DNA of 62,308 nt, the filler included, from Sphacelaria rigidula (Eukaryota), in NCBI GenBank assembly GCA_964200075.2. It is 10 parts of 10 records of this genome, joined end to end, with 100 filler letters (N's around TTAATTAATTAA, not from the genome) between each part and the next. Parts side by side here need not be neighbours in the genome. Positions count along the whole stretch, not along the records: positions 12,485 to 18,625 come from CAXNAA020021970.1; positions 18,726 to 24,866 come from CAXNAA020021971.1; positions 24,967 to 31,107 come from CAXNAA020021972.1; 7 more parts are not named here. One strand, given 5' to 3'. The translations under genes and the position numbers were made by a program. This document shows, piece by piece, positions 12,385-25,192 of the stretch; positions within the stretch are counted from its first letter, which is position 1, and the number at the start of each line of letters is the position of its first letter. The notes below the pieces were generated by a model that was not told the DNA's origin, ran no database searches, and was given only the letters and a program-made list of their open reading frames with translations.

Positions 12385-12527
12385 NNNNNNNNNNNNNNNN
12401 NNNNNNNNNNNNNNNNNNNNNNNNNNNNTTAATTAATTAANNNNNNNNNNNNNNNNNNNNNNNNNNNNNNNNNNNNNNNNNNNNCAAGAGATGGTCGGAT
12501 TTTGCGTGTTGGGGGCACTGCGGGGGG

Positions 12528-12568
<41 letters not shown>

Positions 12569-13500
12569 GCAGAATGAAACACACTTCAACAAAATTCGTT
12601 GGAAAGGATGAGGAAATACATGTACTTCGCGGTCAGTCTGTCACTGTAAGCTCGAAAAAGGCGCAAGTTGTCCTCACCGGCGGCAATACGGTAATTGGCT
12701 CTGCTTCAGCCGTTGATATGTGTTTGCGGTTGGCTCTAATTCTATGCGGTGGTGTGATCTGCTTCACCTACTACTGTAGCGAGTCGTGTTGAACACCGCA
12801 AGTGTTGCTGACCCATGTTGACAAGCGAGCAGCGGAGTACGTGCCCCCCGTGACGTTCGCTGCCCCCTTTTGCCCTTGTCCGTTTCGCAGGCCAGGACTA
12901 TTTCTGGGGTATGCCATGTAGAGATGCGCGTTCCGCGGCGAGGTGGGCAGGTGAGACTTTTGTCGAAGGTTATTTTTGCAGGCCGCGAGATGAGGGCTGT
13001 GTTGGGCGTAGTTGCTCTTTTGGGAAAATGGTGTGTTTGTCGATAAAAGTCGACATTTGATGAAACGGTCCGCATTCTCGCAGCCACGCCCTCATGCTGC
13101 TGTAGAAGATATTTTTGTCCACTACCTTGCGACGTCTTCAGGTTATCTCTTTCCTTCGAAACAGTGACGGAAACATTCTCATATGTCTCCACTTCGATAG
13201 ATAAATAGTTTGATGGGTGATGACACTGACGTTTCCGATACCAATCCAACAGGGGTCACGAGATTGACGCAGCCATGCTAAACGAAGCGGAGACACCCTT
13301 CGTGAGGGAAAGGGATGGCGAAAAACAAGGATCGAAGTATACAGAGCGCTAAGAGTTCGTGTTCAGCAGTTACAGCCTTGTGTAATTTCCGAAACGCAAA
13401 ATCTACACTCCTCGAGACGCAAAATACCGATTTCAGCCCCTCCGCCGTTCTTCCTAACTGTGTGTTTCAAATACCTCCTCCAACGACACTTGTCCCTTAG

Positions 13501-13731
13501 AGTCTGGTGCAGCGATCCTACAATGCATACGCTGTCAGAGTTCTCGATGCCTCTCCAGGCACGGCCGCTGCCATCTCAGCTAGGCATACTCTCAACGGAG
13601 TCCCAAAGATCGTGGTGCCAGCGGAAGATATGGAGGAAGGGGAGGGTAGCGATGGTGATCTTTGCGTGGAGATGCGAATACGGCTGTACGATGATGGGGC
13701 AATGAGCAAGCTCCTTAAGTGTTTGGCCACC
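13501..13731 (+). CDS. FNR/cytochrome b5 reductase-like oxidoreductase, FAD-binding exon
   Basis: tag| acceptor and |gtgagt donor, 77 codons: SLVQRSYNAY...VEMRIRLYDDGAMSKLL (RxY and GxMS FAD motifs). Confidence 0.8.
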
Positions 13732-14311
13732 GTGAGTGCCGAGGCAGTGATATTTTAGAGTTGTTTGATCGAAATCCAATGCACTTTCGAACTCTAGTCA
13801 CCACTTTATGCTGGTGCTGTCTAGCAGTATCGTGCACTTTACACGCATTATGTTCCCCCTCCGAATTTTCGCATGCAGTACTGTCGCGGCGCGATCAGAA
13901 CCAAAAGTAGGGTGATCGCAACTCTTCCTCTAATTGCGTTGTAAGTGGCAGCCTATGTATACTATTTTGTATAATGCAGCACTTCGTTTGATGGTAGGAG
14001 GCGAGCGATGAGGCGTCACCTCCCGTCGCATTGTCTGTCGCATCGTCGTCATTTGTTGGATCGATTGCCGAAGAAAGATATGTGAACACGTTGTGAATCT
14101 GCTATAGATTTTCATATGCGACGATAAATCAATCTAGTATATTGAGTACTTCCATGCCGCAAGAAATTGTGGCTCCTGATGGCCACAGCAGGTTGAAAAT
14201 GTGGTGTGCGCAGTTCGATGGCCGCCGTCAGTATTTCCTATGACTCATGTCCTGAATGTGTGGTTTATGAATAAGGTACAAATGATTTCGTACCCTGTAC
14301 TGTTTCTTCAG

Positions 14312-14426
14312 GAGTCCGATAACCCGGCCGTGCAACTGCGAGGACCTTTTTTTGTTGCCAACGTTACACCTCCGCCGGTCAGGCGTCACGTCCTCATGCT
14401 TGCTGCAGGCACCGGCATCAATCCCA
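14312..14426 (+). CDS. FNR-like oxidoreductase exon (start of NAD(P)-binding domain)
   Basis: cag| and |gtgagt. VQLRGPFF...HVLMLAAGTGINP matches the GP and AxGTGIxP motifs. Confidence 0.88.
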
Positions 14427-14544
14427 GTGAGTCTTAGCGCGTTCATGGAGCATCCCTACTTTCTAAAGTCATTGTAGGTCTATCTTCCCTTTTTCTTTTG
14501 TTCTCTTCACTTTTAATCAGCGAGTGTTTCGGTTTTGTTTTATC

Positions 14545-14620
14545 TCGGTACGTCCGTCGTGTGACCACGGCTGGATCCCTGGGGGATCAGTTAAAGTATG
14601 GCAATCAAGCAAAATAAAAT
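14545..14620 (+). repeat. Dispersed short repeat (retroposon tail-like), also at about 45535-45607 and inverted near 46028-46068
   Basis: ggtacgtcc...gaccacggctgga(t)ccctggggg...caatcaa recurs in contigs 3 and 8. Confidence 0.7.
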
Positions 14621-15040
14621 TGTGGCCGTTTCGGAATTTGTAGCAAAATGCGACAAAGAGTCAATCACCCATCAAGTTGCTTGTGGCACTATCTGCGCAT
14701 TTGATGGTAGTGCTTATCGCGTATAATGAGCCATCAGCAGCATGCGTAATGTCGTCGGTGTTTCTCAAGTGGACGCTAGGTCTACGGAAACACACGGTTG
14801 TGCTGTTGAATCTGTGGTAGTGTTCCTTAACGGTGAAACTGCACGCTCAGCTAGTCTATGCCGTACCCAGAAAAAAAGAAAAAAACGGTTTTCAAGAAGC
14901 CGTCTTCGACCATGTCACTCAAAAGAATCAGCTCGGCGCCAAATAAGTTACTCGTTCGTTGCCCATCACGCCCTGCATGGTTCCCATTCATTCATGCCCC
15001 ACTTGCCTGTACATGTTGTGGTGTTCGCATCGGTGCTCAG

Positions 15041-15077
15041 TGGTGCAAGTGATTCGGGACTACCAGAGGTACACAAG
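15041..15077 (+). CDS. FNR-like oxidoreductase micro-exon (MVQVIRDYQRYT)
   Basis: cag| and |gtgagt. Phase-compatible with the previous exon, giving GTGINP-M-VQVIR. Confidence 0.8.
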
Positions 15078-15570
15078 GTGAGTTGGTGGCATAAAAGAAC
15101 TCCCTACTTTCGTAGAAATCGAGCAAGTGCTACACAAGCGGAATGTCAATTTTAACATCATCGCTGAACAGATGATCTCCCGCTACTATTGCTTACGCGT
15201 GCATGCTGGTGTAGATTGCGAGTCGGGACCGGTGAGAAATATCCGAGCGCATTTTTTGTCAGACATGCTTGTTGCGGAGTGAGTATTGTAGGTCGGTTTC
15301 GCGTGAAAGGTTGAGGAAATTGACACTGCTTTAGCGGTTTGTTTTGCCGTTTTTGTTGCTGCCATGCGAAAACGAGCTCGGGTACTCCGATTGAATCCAC
15401 GTGCATTTCCCGAGTGTTGAGCATTGGGCGCATCGTACCCAGTCAAAACACCAAAACATAGTTCGGAAGCGACAACCGCACGTGCTGTTCACACACGGAA
15501 CTCTCGCACCGCAATTGCTAGAATCTGACCAATATGAACACGGAACTTGCTGCTCTTCCAACGAGGCTAG

Positions 15571-15664
15571 TGACGAAGATGAAGTGCTACCACGGCTGAC
15601 TTTACTCTGGCAGAGCGTATCGGAGGAGGACATGTACTGCAAGAAAGAACTCGAAACCCTGAAG
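15571..15664 (+). CDS. FNR-like oxidoreductase exon (5' boundary uncertain)
   Basis: RLTLLWQSVSEEDMYCKKELETLK followed by |gtatgt, a typical NAD-domain strand and helix. The acceptor at 15570 fits phase 2, while the one at 15520 does not. Confidence 0.7.
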
Positions 15665-15964
15665 GTATGTATTTGTCAGTTTCCTGTGTGTGGTCGTGAG
15701 TTCTCGAATCGGCGCTGCGGTATGTCCCCCGCTTCGCATATTTCGACCACTTAAACATACGCAGCACGTTATAGGGATGGCACAGATTGTTCCAGTCAAG
15801 TCAATGCACCAGAGCATGAGCAATTACATTTCCAAGAGCACGGCGTCAACATCATGCGCAGCTAAAGGACGACGTGGGGCCTAATAGTCCCTCACCCCTG
15901 GCGTCCGCAGGGACTGCGCATGATTCAAAGTTGCCATTTGGGTGTCTTGTTCCCATCTCGACAG

Positions 15965-16741
15965 GAAAAAGGACCCCTTCGACTGGAGACGGTCTATCTT
16001 ATCAGCGGAGATCTTCAGAATGTTTATCCTGGGGATCATACCGTTAGCGACCCAACAATCACGAGATCTCCGACCGGCCACTGGTCGCCACGACAGTCTC
16101 GAGGAGGGCTAAAAGCCGCGGACAGATCGGAACTCGCGGGTCGCCGCAGCAGCCTCATGATCAGCTCGGCAGATCGGAAAGCATTTCAAAGGACTGCGCC
16201 GTGGATGAGAGACGATCGCCCTCAGATTATGCCTCTGTCAACCGGCGACCTCGGTTCCTCGTCTGTAGTTGACGAGACTTGCCGGCGAGCTGGTGAGAGT
16301 CTGCGAGGGTCAGAGGAGCCCGATATGGAACAAAATTACGAACCGTCTTCTCCCTCACACAAAGAACCCGTGCCTCGTTCCCATGGTGCTCGCCTGGAGA
16401 ATGATGCGGGCATCCTCGGCCCTACGGACTGCACGGCAACCACCCGTGTTCGTGACGGTGAGAGTCAAGAGCATTTCGGGGCTTCTGCGTCTGATCTACG
16501 TCAGGGTGGTGCCAGCACAGCTGATTGTGATGGTAACACGATGTCCGGCTGGATGAGATATAGACCACTTGCAAGAATGCCTTCCTTTCAACGGGGGAAG
16601 GCTGGGACGAAGAGGAAGGACGCGTCTTCGGTGACAGAAGCGTCGAACTGTGCACCTACAGCGCCGAGAAACTCAGAGCCTCCGGTGGACGTGCCAATGC
16701 CCGTCCTCCCATCCGAGCGAGTGGTGTCGACTGAGGGGCAG
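15965..16741 (+). CDS. FNR-like oxidoreductase large exon, mostly a low-complexity insert
   Basis: cag| and cag|gtgtgg, 259 open codons, phase 0/0. Starts EKGPLRLETVYLISG, then becomes S/P/R/D-rich. Confidence 0.7.
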
Positions 16742-18295
16742 GTGTGGATCTTCTCGAGGGCTAAGAACGATAACTGGGGGCATTTGTGTTGTGTGGAGTT
16801 GTTTCAAGATGCTGAGTTCTTCGCAACGCATGAACGCCGAATGAGGATTGGAAAAAGCAGCTTCCTTCCCGAGTAGATCCTACCTTGTTGTAGTCCATGT
16901 GTTATCTTTCGCTGAGTCATTCTGTTGTAACACAATCGCCGTTGATTCCCGCGTGGTTTGCTTGACCGACAGTTGAAGTGTTGTCTCGATCCTTCCAAAA
17001 CACTTTCGGGAAGTCTTCCTCCTTACATTCTATGCGGTGTGGATCCAATGTGTGGACGAGTTGGACTTTGTTCTTCGCCTCTCGTCGCGATGCGTATAGT
17101 CCGAAGATGACAATCCTACCGCCTCCGTGCCGCCCGCGCTGCATCACAAGCATAGTGCTTCGCCTCAACTGATTCAATCTACTACTAGACGGCGTGATAA
17201 TCCTCGGTCATACTGCATAAAATACAACGGAATAAAGTGAGTGGGATCTGTCATTTTCCCTCTGAAAATCGAGTGTCAAAATACAAACGATGGCGTACGC
17301 TAGTCGGGGGGACAAGGTGGTTGCGAAGAAATAATGTACCAAGCACAAATATTTCACTATGATCTCGAGTTCCTTCATTCACTCGACTATTTTACTGAGG
17401 GCTTGAGGACAGAATCGAAGTGCTGTTGAAACGTTTTTTCGTGCCCAGGTGAAAATGGGTCTGAGCATGCTGGTGCATTCCGATGAGAATATCAAAGTTT
17501 ACTACATCAAGTTTTCCTCGCGTGATGCCCAGCGAAACTATTAGTTCGTGTGTGAGCATCCCACTGCAGTAACCAAGTACGGCTGACTCACACTGCCTCG
17601 AGTGTTGACTTCTTGCTAACGGCGTCCACTGAAGCTCTGTGACACGTCAAATATGCAAATTGAAACTTTCGGCGAATTTCGGCTCTGCAAATATCTGTCT
17701 CAAAACAAGACGCTAAGGCGCTGATCCTTTTCACGTACCCTCCACGGTCTTGCATTATCGTGCGACTGCCAAATGAGATGTGGATGTCCCAGATGGATAT
17801 CTCAGATGAGCATTTTTACCTCAGATTGATGTCTCAGATAGATGTGATATCCAAGATGGAGGTTGGACGGTAGTGCAAGACTCAGCTTCACGTCGCTAGT
17901 AGAAGGTACAACTAGAATCGTCAGATAGCTATAGCTATCCGCCTAACGCTGGAGTAGACCATTGCCTGGTTACCACCCGACCCCGGCTCACCGTGTACCT
18001 GTCGGCAATCGTGTATCGAGCACAAACACACAAAGCAAACGTGTGAGAGCTAACAGACGAGAAAAGCGTGTTTAGTCCCGCCCGAGATGTCCCGTGGTAG
18101 CGTCAAGCCAGCGATTTGCGCGCGGCAGGCATCATAACAAATGTTCTAGTTCACGTGGACGTGATTGTGGTGATGCACAAGTTTTCATTCCGACTGAAAC
18201 GCACCCGTATGGAGATATCCTCATTTATACTTCTGATATTGCCGTCCTTTCACTGTGCGCTGCACGTAACAACACCAACGTCATGGGCCTTGAAG

Positions 18296-18472
18296 ATGGC
18301 GAGAAGATCGAGGGGACAGGTGACCCAAGCACAGCTGCAGTCGCTTCTAGGAGAGTCTCCGGCGGAACGTTTGGCGGAAAGTTCTTACACGCAACCACTT
18401 TCCGATAGAGTGATCGATGAAGATTTGCTATACGATGGTGCGAGCGGCACTGATGATACTGGGCATCTGCAG
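18296..18472 (+). CDS. Probable further exon of the FNR-like gene
   Basis: RGQVTQAQLQSLLG resembles the GRI...L motif of FNR-family NAD domains. Ends cag|gtatgc, phase 0/0. The acceptor (aag) is weak. Confidence 0.5.
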
Positions 18473-18594
18473 GTATGCTGTAACTACTGCCGTGTGGGTG
18501 TATAAACATGTCTCATTCTTCGTCACACTTTCAACCCCTCCCCCCCCCCGCCCCCCCCCCCCCCCCCCCCCCCCCCCCCGCCCCCCCGGGGCCC

Positions 18595-18625
<31 letters not shown>

Positions 18626-19294
18626 NNNNNNNNNNNNNNNNNNNNNNNNNNNNNNNNNNNNNNNNNNNNTTAATTAATTAANNNNNNNNNNNNNNNNNNN
18701 NNNNNNNNNNNNNNNNNNNNNNNNNAGAATCAATATATTACGAGCAGAGGCACCAGATGCCCTAAATCTGGATATCGCGTCTCAGTTTTTGAGAGTTGTT
18801 CCATAAAATTTCGTGTGGTAAACCGCTAGTGAACAATTGGAAAAAAAACATCTTGTTACCTTTTTTTTTCTTGTTTTTAGTGAAGTTTTGAGAAGAAATG
18901 AGCAGTGCTCTTAGGCCTTATCCCAATATTTTAGCACAATTTTTAGAATTGTGATTTAAATGATGAAAAGGATAAACACAACCGTGTGCTGAAGAAAAAA
19001 AATGGGTCTTCATTTTTTTTTTTCATAGGGGGTTGGGGCGTTCTCGTGAAGAAATGGTCTTGTGAAGAAATGCTCTTCACCATACCAAAACGCCCTCAAC
19101 CAGTCGAGGAAATAATTGAAAAACCCGACCCACTGAGTGTTGTTAATTATGTCGTGGAGAGCGCCCACACAAAATTTCATTACACGAAAACCAAACGTGG
19201 GCCGGTGAGTGGCCTTCAAAATACTGTTCCAAATTTATACCGACCCGGTTTTTGAAAGGCCCATGCTCAGCCCAATATTCAGAGTTGGAGCGTA

Positions 19295-19505
19295 AAATTT
19301 GGTACGGAAAAGGCATAAGCATGGAAAAAAAATTACGTCGGTACCGAAAGTTTCCTTTTTTTCATGAGTGAAGGCCAACAATCAGCTTTCAGGTATCAGT
19401 AGAATTCCCTCAACTCATGAAAAAAAGAAGGAACCTTTTGGTACCGACAAGGTTGGTACCGACGTAATTTTTTTTTCATGCCTCATGCAGGGTCCATACC
19501 AATTT
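19295..19505. mobile_element. Palindromic (fold-back) element
   Basis: aaaaaattacgtcggtacc (about 19327-19345) pairs with ggtaccgacgtaatttttt (about 19455-19473). Inner arms are ttttttcatgagt / actcatgaaaaaa. Confidence 0.75.
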
Positions 19506-19507
19506 TT

Positions 19508-19717
19508 CACACGTCGGACGAGTCATTACTCGTTTAGACGAGTGCACTCGTGGGTGTTTTTCCAAAACACAACGAGCATGACTCGAGTAGTGTCGCCCTA
19601 ATATTTTTTTCCACAACGAGCAATGACTCGAGTGCTCGCCCTACTAATCTTTACGGCCAACGAGCAGCTCAACGAGTGCGAGTGTCACGAGTCACAATCG
19701 CGCTCGTCCGACGTATG
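19508..19717 (+). mobile_element. MITE with 15-bp TIRs and internal short tandem repeats
   Basis: cacacgtcggacgag ... ctcgtccgacgtatg. Homologous to 6260-6440 and 20568-20720. Confidence 0.8.
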
Positions 19718-20567
19718 AAGTCTTCCCAGGTTTCCAAAGCCATGATGCTCGGAGCATGGCTTATCGTATTACTTGCATTCAGTATAGCGTTCCCGGGATT
19801 CCCCAGGAGGTGTTTTGGGTCGCCAGACTATACTAAAACGTATCAGTTACACTAACACAGGGTGCATGGAGTGGGCAAAACCGGGAAGGAGTGTACATGC
19901 CACAATGTGGTCATTTTCACGAGGCACTAAACCCAGGTGGGTCGTTGACAGACAAAATGAGCTACCGTCATGAATTCTGCTCATCCCTCTGCCAATGACT
20001 TGCAGCACACTGTGAACATGTATGTAGTGGATGGGGATGAACAAGCTGTGTATAGGCAGCTGATCTCCGTCGCTGACAACTACCCAGAACGTGCAAGGGA
20101 GTATGCAGCGGCAGCTGCTGCTGCATTCGGAGAGGCGCACTGCACTGTTTTGTACTGTTGCATGTATGTGCACCGCAACGCCCATATCCTTCCAAGATAA
20201 TTTGCCGCTTGCAACAAGGAGGGAAATGGCGGCCCACCCCGACCCCAAAGGGCTGTGTGGAAAGGTGATGGGGGTAATAACATCATCCAAAGCCACAAGT
20301 GGCGGGCTGCCCGCCGGTCGCCGCATCCCATTGAAAGCTCTCTATCGTCCGGCGACACATATTGCTTGCTACATCAGATGTACATTACCTAATGCGCACC
20401 CTGCCCCTGAAAAAAGATTGCATAAAACTTTCGGTCTTCGTCATAACCTTGTGGCTACATACGCGGATTTTCAGCAACATGTCACTGTTTCGTACAGACG
20501 CCAGACACGCCATTACTAACCAGCCTCATTGGTCGTTCGGGAGGCCTGGTCACAAAGGGGTTAATCA

Positions 20568-20720
20568 TTTCCACAACGAGCAATGACTCGAGTGCTCGCC
20601 CAATTAATTTTTTCAACAACGAGCAATGGCTCGAGTGCTCGCCCTACTAATTGTTACGTCCAACGAGCAGCCCAACTAGTGCGAGTGCCACGAGTCACAC
20701 TCGTGCTCGTCTGACGTATG
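20568..20720 (+). mobile_element. 5'-truncated copy of the same MITE family
   Basis: ccacaacgagcaatgactcgagtgctcgccc repeats, ending ctcgtctgacgtatg. Confidence 0.8.
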
Positions 20721-21787
20721 CAACTGTACGCTCCAACTCTAAATATCGGACTGAGCATGGACCTGCAAACTTCAAATCCGCCTCTAGGCTGGCCCAGCTC
20801 GTATGCTGCAGGGTTGCCGTGGTAGCCGAGGATGAGTTGTGTGGGGTTTGCATGATCCTGTGAATGGGTGACTTGGCCGAATGAGTACCCCCTCCCCCCG
20901 CCCCCTAGAAACCCCCGGATGTCCCTGGACTGTCAGCCGATGAAACTGTTCCGAGGCGTCGTCCGCAGGCTTAGGGGGAATATGGACCCTAACTACCCAC
21001 AATAATGAAAACGGTAAGTTGTGTCAGTTGTACAAGTACACCGCGGTGAAATAGAGAGGGTCGACATCGTGCCTAGGGTGTGAATGCATCACTGAAGTGT
21101 TCACTCGTCCCTCGTACAGAATCCGAGGTCTCAGAAGATTGTCAACATATCAGAAATGAAGGCAAGGTCAACGAGAAAGAGCGTATATTTATTTACGCTC
21201 ACTTTCTTCTTCATCGGCGACCGCTCAAAGGCCGCGCCGCTCCGGCCGGAGGCCAAATGGTTTCGCTAAACAAATTCTTATAGAGTCGTACAAGGCCCTC
21301 TACTAAGTGCAGGATTGTATACACTCTCCCCTGTCTGGGTAACGCTGATGATGAGGTCGACGCGGGTGGGGGATGGTTTGTGGGATAATAAAGTCAAGGG
21401 AATTAGTTGATTCCATACGACAGCAGGGAAGTTCACAAAATCGCTTACACCTGGTCGTGGCAAGAGAGGCCACAGCTATACCTGGGTAGTCATTCTCGCC
21501 AGGCTTGAATGCAGGACTTTCATGTACAGGTTTCGGAGAGAAGGCAGAAGAGGCAGGTATACCTGTGGCTGTTCTCGCCATGACCGGGAAACGTCCAGGT
21601 ATACGTGGATCTGTCGTTCGCACTCGATGATTTGTCCTCGTTGGTGACAAGTTTAACGTTGCACCAGATTCGCAGTGAAAAAAGAGGGAAGGTGAACGAA
21701 CACCGCAGAAAGAATGTGGGAGACTCGAACAAAAGGACAAAATAGGATCTCTTGTGTTGATCTCCCTCATGTTTGCCCCCCCAGCTG

Positions 21788-21858
21788 ATGCGCCCACATA
21801 TACCGAAAGGTGTAGACTGCGGTGCAGACTAGATGGAACGACAACACTTTCACACACA
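21788..21858. repeat. Dispersed repeat, also at about 44790-44835, 58378-58447 and 59483-59545
   Basis: Shared core gcgcccacatataccgaaaggtgtagac...agatgg(a/g)acgacaacac in three contigs. Confidence 0.8.
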
Positions 21859-22946
21859 CCGCGGAGAAGGCCATACCCCCTTCCAACACGAAGCAGATAC
21901 AGAAATCCTCGATTTTGAGCCGCTCATACTCGGGTGATCCCTAGGTGATGGATGCTTCGTTCAATCGTTTATTTTTTACACTTGCCGAAAAACAGCAAGG
22001 AGAAGATCAATGCCGGCATACTCTCTCACTATCAAGGCCCTTCCAGCGGGAAGGATGGAGGGGGGGTGGGCTGTACGCGGAACACTCCAGTTGGTACCGT
22101 CCTGTATGCCGTGTAGCACTGTTTGTGAAACTTTACTCAGCGTTTTTGCGAGCCCTTCTGTCGGAGTGTATGTGAGCGGTGTCCGGGTCTTTCTCGATCA
22201 CAGCATGGCTGCTTTAAGTGCCCACCGTGAGCATAAGGCATTGGTTTTTCCTTCTTCATACATCTGTTGGTCAGTAAGCTGCAGGGGCCGGCCATTTCCC
22301 CTTTTCATGAGTATCACCTTTTCATATTTTGAATATTTTTTTCTTGTCTTCCTCTACCTTCCATCCCCCCCCCCCCCTTCCCCCCCTGTTTCTTTTCCTT
22401 CTGTTTTGTTTTGTTTCATATGTCGTGTTTGTTCAGTTTACTGAGGCTATATATTTTTTCCATCTATTATTTCAGCAATGGTTTGCCCTTTCTGTAGTTT
22501 CCTTCCGCGAGTGAGTGTGTTGCTTACCTCGGATAGGCCCATCTGGTGGCCCCCTGGGGATCCCTGGGGAGTCATTGAGTGTGCGCCTATCATCAATCAG
22601 CCCATCATGAGACCGGTACAACAGACAGTAAAGCGCATTGGCACCCGCATCGCCGTAGTTGTGCTGTGCGAATGACCGGAGGCAACCATGTACGTAACGG
22701 ACCGTCCCGTCAGAATCGCGGGTACAAAAACATGTGGCGAATCACAACTTGTGCACGAACCGCACTTGGGGAGTTTTTGATAATTAGGCGAAGAAGACAG
22801 ACGAAGTCATGATGTGACATTCACTCTACACATAGATCGTGTTATGTCCAGTGCCATTGACCAATACCAACACTGTCGTTCCCCCTCCCTCCCATTGTAC
22901 GCCGATTGAAATACCGTGTTTTTCATTTTTTTTTTTTCAAACGCAG

Positions 22947-23043
22947 TTGCAAGGATTAACGGACAAGTATTTCACGGATCTTGAGTTCCTTTCGAATGAG
23001 TTTACCAAGCTGGAGCAATCGATTGCCCCCGAACCGTCAGAAG
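22947..23043 (+). CDS. Isolated internal exon of an unknown protein
   Basis: Strong pyrimidine tract, gcag| acceptor and aag|gtgagg donor. Encodes LQGLTDKYFTDLEFLSNEFTKLEQSIAPEPSE. Confidence 0.55.
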
Positions 23044-25060
23044 GTGAGGGAGTACACAGCAGGGGCTAGGGGCCTGTTGATTTGACACTTTAGCGAGCGG
23101 GGGGCTCGTAGTCGGGGTCTAAACGCCCCCACCTGCTTGTTGGGGGCTGGATGCTGATTGATTGATGATCGGTCCATCGTCGGGCATGGGTGGGTCTGGT
23201 ACAAAAAACAAATATCGTCACGAGAAGGGTGTGCTTGAGGTCTGCATGATCGGTAACGCTAGCTCGCTGAGGGTCAAATCTAAAAAGGGAAAAAATGTGT
23301 AGAGGAGGATGGAAGTAGAACCAAAGCAAACTGAAGAGAGAAGGAGAAAATAGAAACGTGCTGGCTGGTCCCAGTACTTGACAACTCGTCTCCGGCGATG
23401 GATCACTCGAGGATTGAGAGCAAGCACCTGAACCGTTGGGAAGGGGTGACATCCAAATCGATCATTCACATGAAGGCCATCGCCATCGCGGCTTTTACTT
23501 GATATATGTGTTGGGTTGGCACCATTCGACTGATGAATGAAAACGAAAAAACTGCTCTTACCCGCGGAATACAACAGAAATGAAGTACCTCACCCTGGTG
23601 ATTGCCTTAGAGTTGTCGATCCACCCACTTATCAAAATGTCGGGTTTAATTATCGAACTTTGAGCGATCGACTGGGCTCCAGTACCTCCGGCAAGCGGGG
23701 ACAATTTTTGGTCCCCTCATGAGAAAAATAGTATGATTTTACTCTCTCGTGTGTGTTCCTCGAAGAAAACTGTAATCCGCTGTGCTCGTATGTCCGATGC
23801 GCTGCTGATGCAGGCCTCGACAATTCTTCAGACTCAACTCGTTCTTGAAAATAAAAAAAGAATGTTGGCTCGAAGAACTCACTATCCCCGTCGAAAGTGT
23901 ATCAGCCGGCAGATCTTCAATCTGCGTCAATGGCCAAGCATGGTATGCGACGCACTCCGGAGTGCTTTTACAGTTATTATGGGAATCTTGCTACCTCCAC
24001 AGCCCGTCTTCGTGCTATGTGGCCCGAACTGAGAGTATTCAGCAGACCAACGGTGCAGAACAAGGGCCCCGAGCTGAGACCACGAAGCTCGCGGCGTTGA
24101 TGATGCCGATTCAAATAAGAATGATGCCTTTCAGATTCTGTAAAAAGCAGAACTATGCCGATACTAACTTGGATAGTCAGGGAGTGCGTGCCTGATCACA
24201 ACCCGTTGCCGACTCGAAAACTGCGAAAACCGGCACGGGTGAAAAAAAATGAACAGAAGAAGTTGGAACCCTCTGCCCTGACAGCTGGCTCTGTCGAGAT
24301 AGCACGACTGTTGCCCTACACATCAAAACGCGCTCGAGAGGTGTTCAAGCTCTGCCACGAACAAAACTAGTATGTGTGTCGTGAAGTAGCAGCGCTACAA
24401 CGGCAATGCAGAGGTAGGGGGGGGTACACAGCTGGCAGGGAAGAAGTACAGTTGAGACGATGGGGCATGCGTGCGAGATCAAAACATGCTCGAGACATGC
24501 CGGTCGTGCCCCGAGAGGAAGACTGTGTTCAATGGAGAGTGGTAGCAGGAATTTATCTTGTGTCGTCTGATTTTCAAATTGAATACGATGTCGACTCAAT
24601 CTTCATGTGAAAACGATGCCGATTCCGCACATGAAGAGTTGTCGAGATGAATGACGGTACCCCTGACTGTGGAAGGATCCGCTGCGATGTGGACACGGGA
24701 AATCTAACGGAACGCATCGCAACGCCATGGCGCCCTGGCGCCATTCAGAACACGATGCAGAAGGCAAATGTACTCCGAACCCAAGCACAACTGAAACGCA
24801 TCCTCATGTCCAGCGATGCAAGGAAAGATGCACGGTTAGGACAAATCATCACGACTCAAAATCATCNNNNNNNNNNNNNNNNNNNNNNNNNNNNNNNNNN
24901 NNNNNNNNNNTTAATTAATTAANNNNNNNNNNNNNNNNNNNNNNNNNNNNNNNNNNNNNNNNNNNNCCATTCTTCTCCCTACAGCGCCGCCCTTGGTCTG
25001 TTTCAGGGCCTTTTTCCCCCCTGTGGGCCCTTTTTTTTTTGGCATCCCCCCCCCCCCCCC

Positions 25061-25192
25061 CCCCTATCGTGTCAATGGTCAAACGACTAAGGCAAGCAAC
25101 AAATGAGTACGCCCCTATCGTATCGAAAGGGATCCGTGGTCAACGGTCACACGACTCAGGCAAGCAACAAATGAGTACGCCCCCCCCATCGT
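25061..25192 (+). mobile_element. Two tandem 5'-truncated retroposon 3' ends with a CCCCTATCGT target-site duplication
   Basis: Copies 25071-25111 and 25123-25179 both end aggcaagcaacaaatgagtacg. cccctatcgt lies at 25061-25070 and 25112-25121, and C8-atcgt follows copy 2. Confidence 0.8.

Noticed and set aside
23537..24866. Possible decayed transposase
   Set aside because: Only short broken ORFs with no motif I can identify.
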